Numbered from the stretch's first letter, positions 36,772 to 48,331 are shown. The stretch: DNA of 64,000 bases from Clostridia bacterium (GCA_046952735.1 JBKUJR010000010.1:3099-67098); one strand, 5' to 3'. Made by a program: numbers and translations. The notes: generated by a model not told the origin, from the sequence alone.

Positions 36772-37203
36772 TTACATGGATTTATTTTTTGCACGTGCGT
36801 TCGTATCGATCGAGCCCCGATAGACAACAAACCGGCAGAACAAAAATTCGGTAGCCATATTCGTAACCATGACCAGAGCCAGTACGAGGTATTCGTTCCA
36901 GCCGGCCTGCTCCAAATGGTTGCCGGCCCAGGTTGAAAGCGGCGTAAAAACAAGATAATACAAGGCAACCTGAAACATCGCTTTGGGAATGTTATTCGCG
37001 GATTGGAACGTAAAAGCACGGTTTACGGTAAAATTATATACTACCGATGCAATCAGCGCCGGCAGATAGCTTCCCCAGAACGGCAGCCGCAGCAGCTCAT
37101 TGAGCAAACTGAATATGAGCGCCTGTAAAATTCCCGCGCTTGCCGAGAACAATACGAATTTTACGATTTGCCGCAGATTGCGCTGCGTTTTCTTTTCTTT
37201 CAT
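36772..37203 (-). CDS. GtrA-family membrane protein
   Basis: A 143-aa four-TM protein of GtrA-like topology (FVLFSASAGILQALIFSLL...). Confidence 0.7.
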   Translation of the reverse strand: MKEKKTQRNLRQIVKFVLFSASAGILQALIFSLLNELLRLPFWGSYLPALIASVVYNFTVNRAFTFQSANNIPKAMFQVALYYLVFTPLSTWAGNHLEQAGWNEYLVLALVMVTNMATEFLFCRFVVYRGSIDTNARAKNKSM

Positions 37204-37369
37204 ACATACATCCTTCTTGTATGGCAGCCCTTGCGCTTTTAGAAACTTATCGTTTCAAACAAAAGAAGCGCCCGGGCGCCGCGATATTCCTGTAAACATA
37301 AAAATTGCCCGGCGGGCGCCCCTGCACAGGCCGCATTTCGATCCGCCGGGGAAACGTGCCGGACAAAAT

Positions 37370-37909
37370 TTATATAGACTTTTTATTTGCCTCGATTTCG
37401 TTATAGGTTTTCGCCAGAATGTCCGCGACGTAATCCAGCTTATCGTCCAGATACTTCTTCGTAGCGCGTTTGATTTCTGCGGCGCGCTCGTTCGCCTGGC
37501 TGACGATATCGTTCCCGCGTTCCGTTGCGATTTGCGTAATACGATGCTCCGCGATCAGCTCCGCCTGCTGGCGATGCGCTTCTTTCACGATCGCATCCGC
37601 TTCGCCGTTGGCATCTGCGATAATCGCTTCCGCATCGCTTTGCGCCTTATCCACGATCTCGTTTGCTTCTTTATTGGCCTGCGCGATAATCATATCGGCT
37701 TCATGCTCGGTGGAATCACGCAGCTCGCGGCTGTCTCTATAGAACTCGTTCGCCTGAATGATTTCATCCGGTAAAATGCTTTTGAGCTCGTCGATCACGG
37801 CCAGAAGCTCGTTCTTATCTACGGAAATTCTGCCGCTCATCAGGGATTTCTTACCGTTCTCGATCATATCTTCCAATTCTTCCAACATTTCAATACTGTG
37901 AAGCTCCAT
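37370..37909 (-). CDS. hypothetical coiled-coil protein (Ala/Glu/Gln-rich)
   Basis: A 179-aa ORF downstream of coaD with a heptad-like Ala/Glu/Ile repeat composition. Confidence 0.5.
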   Translation of the reverse strand: MELHSIEMLEELEDMIENGKKSLMSGRISVDKNELLAVIDELKSILPDEIIQANEFYRDSRELRDSTEHEADMIIAQANKEANEIVDKAQSDAEAIIADANGEADAIVKEAHRQQAELIAEHRITQIATERGNDIVSQANERAAEIKRATKKYLDDKLDYVADILAKTYNEIEANKKSI

Positions 37910-37956
37910 AACGCAACGCTCTCCTTTGTTCTGCTTATGTACGTGTTTTTGACATT

Positions 37957-38445
37957 TTAATACATTTTTGCCATGATGTCATCAATTATTTTATCCGGAA
38001 CGAGCCCTTCGATATTGCCTCCGTTCTGGGCAAGCTCTTTGACGATACTGGAGCTCAGGAACGAGTTCTGGATATTCGCCATAAAGAAAATCGTTTCGAT
38101 CTCCTCGGCAATATGTTTGTTGAGCGCGGCCATCTGCAGTTCGTATTCATAGTCGGAAACGGCCCGGAGCCCTTTCACGATCGCGGCGGCATTGTTTTCT
38201 TTCACAAAATCGACGAGCAATCCGTTGAACATTTTTACTTCGATATTATCGATTTCCGCAGTACATTTTCGAATCATCGACACGCGTTCTTCTTTTGTAA
38301 AAAGCGGATTCTTTGCGCTGTTGTTCAAAACACCCACTATCAGGAAATCAAATAATTTGGACGCTCTGCGGATAATATCGAGATGACCGTTTGTCAGCGG
38401 GTCGAAGCTGCCGGGATAAACTGCAATTTTAACGTTCTGTTTCAT
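37957..38445 (-). CDS. coaD: phosphopantetheine adenylyltransferase
   Basis: [19 protein letters not shown] is the HxGH nucleotidyltransferase motif. The 162-aa length fits. Confidence 0.9.
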   Translation of the reverse strand: MKQNVKIAVYPGSFDPLTNGHLDIIRRASKLFDFLIVGVLNNSAKNPLFTKEERVSMIRKCTAEIDNIEVKMFNGLLVDFVKENNAAAIVKGLRAVSDYEYELQMAALNKHIAEEIETIFFMANIQNSFLSSSIVKELAQNGGNIEGLVPDKIIDDIMAKMY

Positions 38446-39016
38446 AAGACGATACCTCGTTTTCGTATACGGACACCGCTACGGTTCCGTATTTTTTTTC
38501 TTTTCTGCACGTAAAATGCCCGATCCGCTCCGGCAGACGGTCTTCCGTGCTGTGCTCGCAGACCGCGGTACAGGGCTGCGCCGTTAATCCGAATTTTTCA
38601 ACCAGTTCCAGTGCCTGCACATCGAAACCCTTCCCATAGGGGGGATCGAGGAGAATCAGATTGAATTTTACGCCGGATCTTTTATACCTTGAAAGCGCTT
38701 CCGTATAATCGGCGCAGGATAGCTCTGCGGAATCGATCAATTTCGTATAAATCAGATTCTTTTGCACCAATTCGCAGCACTGTCTGTTTTTGTCATTAAA
38801 ATAACACTTTGCAGCGCCCCTGCTGAGCGCTTCGATTCCCAGCGCGCCGTTTCCGGCAAAGAGATCCAATACGGCCGAACCGTAAATTTCTTCCCGCAGC
38901 ATACTGAATACGGCTTCTTTCACCCTGTCGAGCGTAGGACGTGTGGAAGCGGAATCTAAAGTCTGCAATTTGAGACCGCCGGCAGTGCCGGATATGACTC
39001 TGACCATTTGACACAC
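38429..39016 (-). CDS. rsmD: 16S rRNA (guanine966-N2)-methyltransferase RsmD
   Basis: [23 protein letters not shown] motif and the LDPPY motif. The conserved rsmD-coaD pairing is present. Confidence 0.85.
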   Translation of the reverse strand: MCQMVRVISGTAGGLKLQTLDSASTRPTLDRVKEAVFSMLREEIYGSAVLDLFAGNGALGIEALSRGAAKCYFNDKNRQCCELVQKNLIYTKLIDSAELSCADYTEALSRYKRSGVKFNLILLDPPYGKGFDVQALELVEKFGLTAQPCTAVCEHSTEDRLPERIGHFTCRKEKKYGTVAVSVYENEVSSYETER

Positions 39017-39102
39017 CTCTCCGATTCAGTATAAAGCCGGGTAAAATATTTGTCAACGCTGCGGCGATCCTTTATAATAGAGAAGAAACAGGAGGTGGGG
39101 AT

Positions 39103-41124
39103 TTGTCGGTTCCCGTTACATTTTTAAAAGGCGTCAAAACGGCGCGGGCAGCGCAGCTCGCCCAACTCGGCATATATACGGTAGAGCAGCTTTATACGCT
39201 TTATCCCAGAAGCTATGAGGACAGAAGCGCAGTGCGGACGATCGGGACGCTTCAAAACGAAGAATTCGCTACTGTATGCGTATGTATCCGAAGTACGGAA
39301 ACACGCACGATCAACGGCGGCCTTACAGTGACGAACGTCCGCGTTGCCGATGAAACGGGGAATATGAATCTCTCCATATTTCACGGGAATTATCCTCCTC
39401 CGGCGTTCCGCCCGGGGGAACAGTATGCCTTTTATGGGAAAATCAGCAGAGACCAATATGGTTTTCATATGACGAACCCTGTTTTTACAAAATATGAAGG
39501 CGGCTGGGATGAAACATTTTTCACGATTCAGCCTGTGTACCCGCTGACCAAAGGACTGACGCAGAACGTCCTCCGCAGAATCATGGCGGAAGCGCTGAAA
39601 ACGGCGCCGCCGGAATATGAAACCCTGCCGGTTGCTTTACTGCAGAAATACCATTTTATGATGCGCGACGCCGCGCTCCGGAATATCCATTTTCCCAAAT
39701 CGGCAGAAGCGCTGCAAAACAGCCGCAGAAGATTCAAATTTGAAGAGCTTTTCACAATGCAGCTCATGCTGCTGCTTTTAAAGGATGCGGAAGATCGTGT
39801 GAAGAACGGGATTTCTTTCCGGAATGCGGCGGCAGATGCGGAAATCGGCGCGTTTCTTCAAACGCTGCCCTTTACATTGTCGGAAGGGCAGGAGCGCGTA
39901 TGGAAAGAAATTTCGGAAAATATGGACGCCGAACAGGCAATGAACCGCCTGGTGCTCGGCGACGTGGGCTCCGGTAAAACGATTTTAGCCGTACTTGCGA
40001 TGATCAAGGCAATCCGGGCCGGCTATCAGGCCGTATATATGGCGCCGACGGAAATCCTTGCGGAGCAGCACTCTGAGAATATCAAAAATTTGCTTGCGCC
40101 CCTTGGCATTCGGACGCAGCTCGTTTCCGGATCGCTTACGGGAAAACAAAAAAAAGAAGCGCTGGCCGCCGTGGAGGATGGAACGGCACAATGTATCATC
40201 GGCACGCATGCGCTGATCCAGCCCTCCGTGAAATACCGCAAGCTTGGTCTTGCCATTACGGACGAACAGCACCGTTTCGGCGTCAAACAGCGGGCAATGC
40301 TTTCCGAGCAGGGCAATACCCCGGACGTCCTGGTAATGACGGCGACGCCGATTCCGCGTACCCTCGCGCTGATCCTTTACGGGGATATGGATATTTCTGT
40401 TTTGAAGTCTTTGCCGCGCGGACGCCTCCCGGTAAAAACGTATGCGCTCGAACGTTCCATGCACGACAGGATTTTTCGGTGGATCCTGCGCCTCGTCGCG
40501 GAAGGGCGGCAGATATATATGGTATATCCTTTGATCGAAAAAGGAGAGGATCCGCGGCTCTTTTCCGCGATAGACCAATTTGCGGCGCTTTCCGCCGGCG
40601 TTTTCCGGGAAGTGCGCTGCGGGCTGCTGCACGGGAAAATGCCGCCTGCGCAAAAAGAAGGCGTTATGCGGGATTTTAAAGAAGGGCGGATCAAAATATT
40701 ATTTTCGACTACGGTAGTGGAGGTCGGCGTAGATGTCCCGAACGCTTCGCTGATGGTCGTCGAAAATGCAGAACGTTTCGGACTTGCCCAGCTGCATCAG
40801 CTGCGCGGCCGGGTAGGGCGCGGCGCTTATCAATCGTACTGCGTCCTTTTTTCCGATAAGATTACGGAGCGGATGAAGATCATGGAAAGCGTGTCGGACG
40901 GCTTCCTCCTATCGGAAAAGGATCTGGAGCTCAGGGGGCCGGGAGACTTTTTCGGCGTGGAACAGCACGGCCTTCCGCCGTTTAAAATAGCGAATTTATA
41001 CCAGGATGCAGAGCTGCTCAAACTCGCCGGGGAGGCGGCGTTCCATGTACTTGAGAACAGGTCGAAATACGACGAATTTATCGCATATATAAGGAAAAAA
41101 TACCCCGATCGTCTTCCTCTGTAG
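39103..41124 (+). CDS. recG: ATP-dependent DNA helicase RecG
   Basis: A 673-aa protein with a wedge domain, Walker A GDVGSGKT and DEQHRFG (DEAH box). TTG start with RBS AGGAGGTG. Confidence 0.9.
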   Translation: MSVPVTFLKGVKTARAAQLAQLGIYTVEQLYTLYPRSYEDRSAVRTIGTLQNEEFATVCVCIRSTETRTINGGLTVTNVRVADETGNMNLSIFHGNYPPPAFRPGEQYAFYGKISRDQYGFHMTNPVFTKYEGGWDETFFTIQPVYPLTKGLTQNVLRRIMAEALKTAPPEYETLPVALLQKYHFMMRDAALRNIHFPKSAEALQNSRRRFKFEELFTMQLMLLLLKDAEDRVKNGISFRNAAADAEIGAFLQTLPFTLSEGQERVWKEISENMDAEQAMNRLVLGDVGSGKTILAVLAMIKAIRAGYQAVYMAPTEILAEQHSENIKNLLAPLGIRTQLVSGSLTGKQKKEALAAVEDGTAQCIIGTHALIQPSVKYRKLGLAITDEQHRFGVKQRAMLSEQGNTPDVLVMTATPIPRTLALILYGDMDISVLKSLPRGRLPVKTYALERSMHDRIFRWILRLVAEGRQIYMVYPLIEKGEDPRLFSAIDQFAALSAGVFREVRCGLLHGKMPPAQKEGVMRDFKEGRIKILFSTTVVEVGVDVPNASLMVVENAERFGLAQLHQLRGRVGRGAYQSYCVLFSDKITERMKIMESVSDGFLLSEKDLELRGPGDFFGVEQHGLPPFKIANLYQDAELLKLAGEAAFHVLENRSKYDEFIAYIRKKYPDRLPL

Positions 41125-41189
41125 CGTATTGCGCCCCATTCCGAAGTGTAGTATAATGACCGTATCAGAGGCATAGGAGGATCGGCGAA

Positions 41190-43685
41190 TTGAGCAATGG
41201 AAAACGAAAGATAAACGGCGGAAGCAGGAATACGAAAGCCGGAGATGCGAAAGATCGGAAACCGGCCGGTCAGGTGAAAGTCCGGGATGACAGCAAGCGG
41301 AAGGAGATCGCCGCCGTAATATTGATTGCATCGGGCATCTTTATGTTTTTTTCGCTGATCGACAAAACGGGGATCGTAGGCCGTTTCCTGATCAATATTT
41401 TTTACGGCTTGTTCGGGCGCGCCGTTACGGTGGCGATCATGATCACGATGTTCGTACTGGCATGGTGTCTGCTTCGCGGTACGGAAAAACTGGTGTTCAA
41501 TTTTAAAACGACGCTGCTTTATATCGCTTTCGTATTGTTCCTGGCGTCGCTGATCCACACGCTGGCCAACAATTATACGGCGGATTATGCGAACCTGTCC
41601 TTCACAGAGACAATCGATAAGCTCTGGCATTCGCATTCCGGCGGGATCATCGGGGGCGGGATCAGCTGCATTTTACAGAAATTTTTTGAAAAAGCGGGAG
41701 CGCTGGTTATTTTGGTACCCTCGCTGCTTATCGTGGCAATCACATTGTTTTCTTTCTCTATTGTGAATTTTGCCCGTAAATCCGCAGGCCGTTTCCGCAT
41801 CGCGGGAAATTGGTTCCGGGACGTCAAAAAACGTTTTGCGGAGCAAAAGGCGGAAAATAAGACGGAACCGCAGCGAAAAAGCGTTAAGAAACCCCTGAAA
41901 ACTGATTTTGACGAGATCCCTGCGGCGGATACGGAATCCGTATTGAAATCGAGTTTTGAGGATATGAACGAGCCGGAATTCGCCAATATGGATCTGGACG
42001 GCGACGAATATCACATGGATTTCGAATTCGAAACTACGGCGAATAAGAAAAGAAAACCGGGAACGGCGGGAAAAACAGGACAGAACGGGGAAATCCGCAG
42101 GGAAGAGGATACGGAGGTCATCAAAACGATTCTGCCGGGTATGAATAATACTTTGGAGACTAAGGTTCCGGAGCCTGCTGCGGAAGATCTGGTGAAAGTG
42201 ACGACGAGTAAATTCGATACGACTTATGATGCTCCGCCTTTTTCCTTGCTGGAAACGGAAGAAGAGCCGGAAAATCTGCATGCGGAACAGAAAAAACAGG
42301 CTGCAAAAACTGCGCGGAAACTGGAAGAAGTTATGCGCAGTTTCGGAATTGAAGCCAGGGTGATCCATATTTCCAGAGGGTCTACGGTGACCCGGTATGA
42401 ACTGCAACCGCATTCCGGCGTGAAGGTCAGCAGAATCAAAAATCTTTCCGACGATATCGCGCTGAACCTTGCGGCTCCGGGAATCCGGATCGAAGCGCCG
42501 ATCCCCGGCAAAGCGGCGATCGGGATCGAAATCCCGAACGAAGAAGTGCAAACCGTCTATCTGCGCGATCTGGTAGAAACCGAAGTCTTTTTAAACCATA
42601 AATCCGGTCTGTCGTTCTGCCTCGGCGAAGATATTTCCGGAGAGACGATCGTCGCCGATATTGCCAAAATGCCGCACCTGCTGATCGCAGGTTCCACAGG
42701 CTCTGGAAAAAGCGTTTGCATCAACTGTATGATTACAAGCATTTTATATAAAGCCTCGCCGGACGACGTGCGTATGATCATGATCGATCCGAAGGTCGTA
42801 GAGCTCGGCGTCTATAATGGAATTCCGCATTTGCTGATTCCCGTGGTGACGGAACCGAAAAAAGCCGCGGCAGCGCTGGCCTGGGCGGTGCAGGAGATGG
42901 AAAACCGCTATAAACTGTTTGCAAAATTCGGAATCCGGGATATCAATTCCTATAATCATTATGCGTACGAAAGAGGCATGGATAAAATGCCGCGCATTCT
43001 GGTCATTATCGATGAGCTGGCGGACCTGATGATGGTCGCAAGAGATTCCGTAGAAGAAGCCATCAACCGCATCGCACAAAAAGCGCGTGCGGCGGGAATT
43101 CATCTCGTCGTTGCAACGCAGCGCCCTTCCGTAGATGTCATAACGGGTCTGATCAAATCCAACATCCCGTCGCGAATCGCATTTAAGGTGGCTTCGCAGG
43201 TGGATTCCAGAACGATTTTGGATTATGCCGGCGCGGAAAAACTGCTGGGCAGGGGAGATATGTTGTTTTACCCGGTGGGAAGCATGAAGTCGATTCGCGC
43301 GCAGGGCGGATTCATCTCTGATGAAGAAATCGAGAATGTCGTAAAATATTTGCAGACTACTTACGGAAACGCAGAATACGATCAGAAGGTCCACGAAGAA
43401 GTCGAAAATGCCAGGATTCCGGAAAAAGGCAGAAGAGGAAGTGCGCAGAGTGCTTCCGGCGGCGCGGACGGCGATGTGGATGAGCTGTTCCTGGACGCAG
43501 TGCAGATCGCGATCGATGTGAAACAGATTTCCGCTTCTTATCTGCAGCGGAAGTTAGGGCTTGGTTATAGCCGCGCCTCCAGAATCATCGATCAGATGGA
43601 AGAAAAGGGCTATATCAGCGGGCGGGATGGAAACAATCCGCGGCAGGTCCTCATTTCTTCTTTGCCTGAGACCTCCGGAGAATGA
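41190..43685 (+). CDS. ftsK: DNA translocase FtsK/SpoIIIE
   Basis: N-terminal TM segments, a long linker, the motor domain (GSTGSGKS Walker A) and a C-terminal gamma winged-helix domain. Confidence 0.85.
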   Translation: MSNGKRKINGGSRNTKAGDAKDRKPAGQVKVRDDSKRKEIAAVILIASGIFMFFSLIDKTGIVGRFLINIFYGLFGRAVTVAIMITMFVLAWCLLRGTEKLVFNFKTTLLYIAFVLFLASLIHTLANNYTADYANLSFTETIDKLWHSHSGGIIGGGISCILQKFFEKAGALVILVPSLLIVAITLFSFSIVNFARKSAGRFRIAGNWFRDVKKRFAEQKAENKTEPQRKSVKKPLKTDFDEIPAADTESVLKSSFEDMNEPEFANMDLDGDEYHMDFEFETTANKKRKPGTAGKTGQNGEIRREEDTEVIKTILPGMNNTLETKVPEPAAEDLVKVTTSKFDTTYDAPPFSLLETEEEPENLHAEQKKQAAKTARKLEEVMRSFGIEARVIHISRGSTVTRYELQPHSGVKVSRIKNLSDDIALNLAAPGIRIEAPIPGKAAIGIEIPNEEVQTVYLRDLVETEVFLNHKSGLSFCLGEDISGETIVADIAKMPHLLIAGSTGSGKSVCINCMITSILYKASPDDVRMIMIDPKVVELGVYNGIPHLLIPVVTEPKKAAAALAWAVQEMENRYKLFAKFGIRDINSYNHYAYERGMDKMPRILVIIDELADLMMVARDSVEEAINRIAQKARAAGIHLVVATQRPSVDVITGLIKSNIPSRIAFKVASQVDSRTILDYAGAEKLLGRGDMLFYPVGSMKSIRAQGGFISDEEIENVVKYLQTTYGNAEYDQKVHEEVENARIPEKGRRGSAQSASGGADGDVDELFLDAVQIAIDVKQISASYLQRKLGLGYSRASRIIDQMEEKGYISGRDGNNPRQVLISSLPETSGE

Positions 43686-43703
43686 GGAACGGGCAAAAAG
43701 GAC

Positions 43704-43733
43704 TTGACATATAATTGCAGGATATTGTAGAAT
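43704..43733 (+). promoter_or_regulatory. putative promoter for rny (TTGACA, 18 nt spacer, TAGAAT)
   Basis: TTGACA at 43704-43709 and TAGAAT at 43728-43733. Confidence 0.4.
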
Positions 43734-43786
43734 ATGGCTCGTATAAAAAGTATACGCATTTTTGTGGATGATATAAATGTCGTACT

Positions 43787-45412
43787 TTGATAACTAAATT
43801 TCAGAAAGGGGAGGTGTTCATTATTATTAGTATTGGACAGCTTTTATTCATTATAATCCCCTTAATTTCAATAGCAGCAATTGGTTGTGGCCTATGCTGG
43901 TATTTTTCTGGAAAGAAGTCCTTTCAGAAGGGCTATGACACCAGAAAATCAGAAGCTGAGGCGGTATTTGGAAGTGCGGAAGCAGAGGGCAAGAGAATTG
44001 TCAGTGAAGCCGTGAAAGACGGCGAAAACAAAAAGCGGGAATGCTTGCTTCTGGCAAAAGAAGAAATACACAAAAGCAGAATTGAACTGGAACGGGAAAT
44101 TAAGGACAGGCGCAATGAAATTCAGCGCAACGAAAGAAGATTGATTCAGAAGGAAGACAGTCTCGACAAAAAGCAGGAACTGCTTGAACAAAAAGAACAG
44201 CAGATCAATGTAAAAATGACCGAGGTTGTCAAATATGAGGAAGCCGTGAAAGAAACATATGAAAAACAGACGGCGGAACTCGAAAAAATTGCAAATTTGA
44301 CGAAAGAAGACGCAAAAAGTTTGCTTCTTGCAAATGTAGAAAACGAAATCCAGCATGAAACCGTCATGCTGATCAAAGATTACGAAACGAAATTAAAAGA
44401 TGAATCGAGAGAGAAAGCACGCGAGATCATCGCAACCGCGATACAGAAATGTGCTGCGGATTACGTTTCGGAAGCTACAATTTCCGTGGTGGCGCTGCCG
44501 AACGACGATATGAAGGGCAGAATCATCGGACGGGAAGGAAGAAATATCCGTACATTGGAAACGCTGACGGGAATCGACCTGATCATCGACGACACGCCGG
44601 AATCCGTTATCTTATCCGGTTACGATCCGGTCAGACGGGAAGTTGCCAGAATCGCGTTGGAAAAATTGATCATCGACGGACGGATCCATCCGGCCAGAAT
44701 CGAAGAAATGGTCGAAAAAGCGAAAAAAGAAGTCGATCATGTGATCAAACAGGAAGGCGAGAACGCAACGTACGAGACGGGTGTTTACGGCTTGCATCCG
44801 GAAATCATACGGCTGCTCGGCCGCTTGAAATACAGAACGAGTTATGGGCAGAGCGTGTTGATCCATTCTATCGAAGTATCGCGTTTGGCCGGCATTATGG
44901 CGGCGGAACTCGGAGTGGATGTGGCGCTTGCCAAAAGGGCGGGACTGGTGCATGATATCGGAAAAGCCGTTGATTTTGAAATGGAAGGTTCCCATATCGA
45001 AATCGGCGCGGATATCGCCAGGAAATATAAGGAATCTCCGGTTGTGATCAATGCGATTATGGCGCATCATGGCGATGTCGAGCCGGAATCGATCATTGCG
45101 GTACTCGTACAAGCGGCAGACTCGATCTCCGCGGCGCGGCCGGGAGCAAGGCGCGAAACATTGGAATCCTACATCAAACGCTTGGAAAAGCTCGAAGAAA
45201 TCGCAAACTCATTCGAGGGTGTCGAGAAGACCTACGCAATCCAGGCGGGCAGGGAAGTCCGCATCATGGTAAAGCCGGATCATATTTCGGACGACGACAT
45301 GGTGCTGAAGGCGCGGGAGATCGTAAAGAAGATCGAAGACGAGATGGAATACCCGGGACAGATCAAAGTGACGATGATCCGGGAGACGCGAACGGTGGAT
45401 TACGCGAAATAA
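43787..45412 (+). CDS. rny: ribonuclease Y
   Basis: N-terminal TM helix, a coiled-coil, a KH domain ([10 protein letters not shown]) and an HD domain (HSIEVS...HDIGK). The start is uncertain: no RBS precedes the ATG at 43787, and GGGGAGGTG sits upstream of in-frame ATT codons near 43836. Confidence 0.85.
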   Translation: MITKFQKGEVFIIISIGQLLFIIIPLISIAAIGCGLCWYFSGKKSFQKGYDTRKSEAEAVFGSAEAEGKRIVSEAVKDGENKKRECLLLAKEEIHKSRIELEREIKDRRNEIQRNERRLIQKEDSLDKKQELLEQKEQQINVKMTEVVKYEEAVKETYEKQTAELEKIANLTKEDAKSLLLANVENEIQHETVMLIKDYETKLKDESREKAREIIATAIQKCAADYVSEATISVVALPNDDMKGRIIGREGRNIRTLETLTGIDLIIDDTPESVILSGYDPVRREVARIALEKLIIDGRIHPARIEEMVEKAKKEVDHVIKQEGENATYETGVYGLHPEIIRLLGRLKYRTSYGQSVLIHSIEVSRLAGIMAAELGVDVALAKRAGLVHDIGKAVDFEMEGSHIEIGADIARKYKESPVVINAIMAHHGDVEPESIIAVLVQAADSISAARPGARRETLESYIKRLEKLEEIANSFEGVEKTYAIQAGREVRIMVKPDHISDDDMVLKAREIVKKIEDEMEYPGQIKVTMIRETRTVDYAK

Positions 45413-45423
45413 CGATTATAAAG

Positions 45424-45458
45424 AGACTCCATGAAGTCCGCTTCATGGAGTTTTTTTC
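45424..45458 (+). terminator. rho-independent terminator after rny
   Basis: ACTCCATGAAG-tccg-CTTCATGGAGT followed by TTTTTTT. Confidence 0.55.
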
Positions 45459-45479
45459 TTATGTTCCGGAGGAAACAGG

Positions 45480-46277
45480 ATGAATACTGTCAATATTTTA
45501 TTTGTAGGGGATGTTTTCGGGCGCACCGGACGCTGTGCTGTGCGTAAAATCCTCCCGGAGATCAGACGGGAATATGCGGTTGACGTATGTATCGTGAACG
45601 GAGAGAATGCTTCGCACGGCAGAGGCCTGTCCATACAGTCTGCGGACGAGCTTTATCTGGCAGGTGCGGATTGCATCACAATGGGAAATCACACATGGAA
45701 TCATCATGATATTTATCAATATATCGATGACTATCCCATCGTACGCCCTGCAAATTTTGCCGCCTCGCTCCCAGGAAAAGGATCTCTTTTACTGGAAAAC
45801 AGCGGCTCACCGGTGGGAGTCGTCAATCTGCAAGGACGCGTCTATATGGATCCCTGCGACAATCCGTTCGAATCGGCATATGAGGAGATCAAAAGGCTCC
45901 GGGAACAGACATCTGTAATCTTAGTGGACTTCCATGCAGAGGCAACGGCGGAGAAAGCCGCCATGGCGTACTATCTGGACGGGCTCGTAACGGCTGTCGT
46001 GGGTACGCACACGCATGTCCAGACGGCGGACGAAAAAATCCTGGCTGGGGGAACCGCTTTTATTACGGATGTCGGTATGACCGGACCGCACGATAGTATT
46101 ATCGGTATGGATAAAACAGGTGTCCTGAACAAATTCGTGAGGTGCGTACCGCAGAAATTCAAGCCTGCGGAAGGCTGCGCCGTACTGCATGCGGTATTTC
46201 TCAAAGCAGATGCCGTTACTGGAAAATCATTAGAGATCAAAAGACTCGCAATTCCCTGCGAAGAGGCCGGGAAATAA
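45480..46277 (+). CDS. ymdB: YmdB-family metallophosphoesterase (2',3'-cyclic-nucleotide phosphodiesterase)
   Basis: ILFVGDVFGRTGR, IVNGENASHGRGL, ITMGNHTWN and GTHTHVQTADE match B. subtilis YmdB throughout. Confidence 0.9.
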   Translation: MNTVNILFVGDVFGRTGRCAVRKILPEIRREYAVDVCIVNGENASHGRGLSIQSADELYLAGADCITMGNHTWNHHDIYQYIDDYPIVRPANFAASLPGKGSLLLENSGSPVGVVNLQGRVYMDPCDNPFESAYEEIKRLREQTSVILVDFHAEATAEKAAMAYYLDGLVTAVVGTHTHVQTADEKILAGGTAFITDVGMTGPHDSIIGMDKTGVLNKFVRCVPQKFKPAEGCAVLHAVFLKADAVTGKSLEIKRLAIPCEEAGK

Positions 46278-46442
46278 TCAGGCACGGCCGGATTCGACGC
46301 AAAAAATTTTTGATTTCAATATTATTTTAATAAGAATGAAAAAGCTTTCTTCCAGCGCTTTCCATCGTGGGAAATAATAGATTTTTGTGTTTTGAAACGG
46401 TAAAATACCTTCTACAAAACATTACTTCAGGAGGTATTAAAA

Positions 46443-46721
46443 ATGGACGTATTAAAAGTTTCATCAAAATCCAACCCTACATCGGTAGCATCTGCGCTGG
46501 CCTCGGTAATCAAAGAAGAAGGAGGCGCGGAGCTTCAGGCGATCGGAGCAGGCGCGGTGAATCAGACAATGAAAGCAATTGCGATTGCAAGAGGATATCT
46601 TGCGATTTCCGGCAAAGACGTAGTATGTATTCCGGCTTTTTCAGATGTTTACATTAACGGAATGGAACGGACTGCGCTCAGATTCGTTGTAGAAAGCATC
46701 GATCTCGGGTATGCGATCTAA
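46443..46721 (+). CDS. spoVS: stage V sporulation protein S
   Basis: MDVLKVSSKSNPTSVASALASVIKEEGGAELQAIGAGAVNQ matches SpoVS closely. The conserved rny-ymdB-spoVS order is present. Confidence 0.9.
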   Translation: MDVLKVSSKSNPTSVASALASVIKEEGGAELQAIGAGAVNQTMKAIAIARGYLAISGKDVVCIPAFSDVYINGMERTALRFVVESIDLGYAI

Positions 46722-46924
46722 ATAATGTTCTATTAATATAGAAGATAGTGAATGATTTTGGCAGGATTTGTTGATTTACGTAAAATTAATATATTCTGCC
46801 ATTATTGTTTATTTTCTGTGCAAGCCTAATACAAATTTTCTTTTTACACTTATGCCAGTGAATCAAATTATATCGAAATTCTGGAGAAGTTAATTTTATC
46901 AGAAATTTCATTGAGGGGATAAGT

Positions 46925-48331
46925 TTGATAAAAGGAAAATATTTAATTTCAATATTGCTCTGTTTCCTGTTGGTCTTTTGTTTGGCGGTCCAAAGCGGCT
47001 GCGCCGTGCGTGTGGATCCGGAAACGCACGAAATCCGTTTTTGGCATAATTACACGGGGCAGCAAGAAGCCGTTTTCAATATGCTGGTCAGCACATACAA
47101 TTCGACGCAGGGAGAAAAAAACAACATCCGCATTGTACCGGTATATAAAACGTTAGAAGAAATAGAATCTTATTTTCGGGAGCATTTTGATAACAACGAT
47201 TCTACCGGCTATCCGGAGATCTCCGTCATCACGAACGAGCTTGCTTATCAGGCGATGTGCAGAAGCCTGATCGCCACCGCGGAACCCTATCTGTCCACCG
47301 AAGAGCTTTCCGGATATTTCAACGATTTTTTGAATGAGGGGCGTTTTACCGGGAAAACGGAAACGTATATTTTTCCGATCTCGAAGATGACGGAAATTAC
47401 GCTCGTAAACGATTCTTTGTGGAAACATTTTTACGGCGACAATAATGTGAGTATGGATCAGTGGACGACGTGGAAGGGGATCACGAATCTTGCAAGGCAA
47501 TATTATGAATGGTCCGGAGGCAAAGCGCTGTTTGCGATAGAATCCGTCCAGGATTATATTTTCACATATTCCGCGCAGCAGCTGCCGGCGATCGTACAGG
47601 CAGGGAATAAAGAAATCAAAATCAATATGAATAAAGATACGCTTCATGCCATCTGGAATTTTTATTACGGCGGCGTGGTAAGAGGTTATCTTTTACAGAC
47701 AGAAGATATCCAGACGGCGCTTGCTGCCGGCGAAATCGTAGGATATGCCGGGATTCCGCGCGAGAGCGCCTACTTTCCAAAACAATTCAGGAATAACCGA
47801 GGCGATATGAGCGTTATGCTGTTATCGGCGCTGCCGTATCCCTCTGTCAATACATCCCGAAATATTGCGCCGCAAAAGGGTGTCGGCGTATCCGTATTCG
47901 ATCATGGGGAAGACGTCAACCAAGCCGCCTATTCTTTCCTGCATTGGTTTTGCAGCAATGAAAGCATCGTACAGTTCAGCGCGGCAAATTGTGAAATTTC
48001 GTCCTACGTTGCGAACTACGCCGAACCTGTCACGAAAGACTATCTGAAAACGCTTTCTCTGTTTGACAGCATGAAATATAATATGCTTTCGGTTTCCGTG
48101 GAACAGGTACTGGAAGGAGCAACGTATGCGCCCACCGGTTTTATAGGCTATGATTCGTTCTGTGCGGAGCTGACGGAGTCGCTTACCGATGCAGCAGGGC
48201 GCGGGCGCGCGGAGGTTTCCGCTTTGTGCGGCGACGGCGTTTCGTATGAGGCGGCAGTGACACGCGTAGATGACGAGAATGCATTTGAAGAGTGGTATCG
48301 TTCTGTTGTGGAATTAGCCTCCAAATATTAA
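46925..48331 (+). CDS. lipoprotein, probable ABC-transporter solute-binding protein
   Basis: Signal peptide plus lipobox (AVQSGC|A). At 468 aa it fits family-1 extracellular solute-binding proteins. TTG start. Confidence 0.55.
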   Translation: MIKGKYLISILLCFLLVFCLAVQSGCAVRVDPETHEIRFWHNYTGQQEAVFNMLVSTYNSTQGEKNNIRIVPVYKTLEEIESYFREHFDNNDSTGYPEISVITNELAYQAMCRSLIATAEPYLSTEELSGYFNDFLNEGRFTGKTETYIFPISKMTEITLVNDSLWKHFYGDNNVSMDQWTTWKGITNLARQYYEWSGGKALFAIESVQDYIFTYSAQQLPAIVQAGNKEIKINMNKDTLHAIWNFYYGGVVRGYLLQTEDIQTALAAGEIVGYAGIPRESAYFPKQFRNNRGDMSVMLLSALPYPSVNTSRNIAPQKGVGVSVFDHGEDVNQAAYSFLHWFCSNESIVQFSAANCEISSYVANYAEPVTKDYLKTLSLFDSMKYNMLSVSVEQVLEGATYAPTGFIGYDSFCAELTESLTDAAGRGRAEVSALCGDGVSYEAAVTRVDDENAFEEWYRSVVELASKY

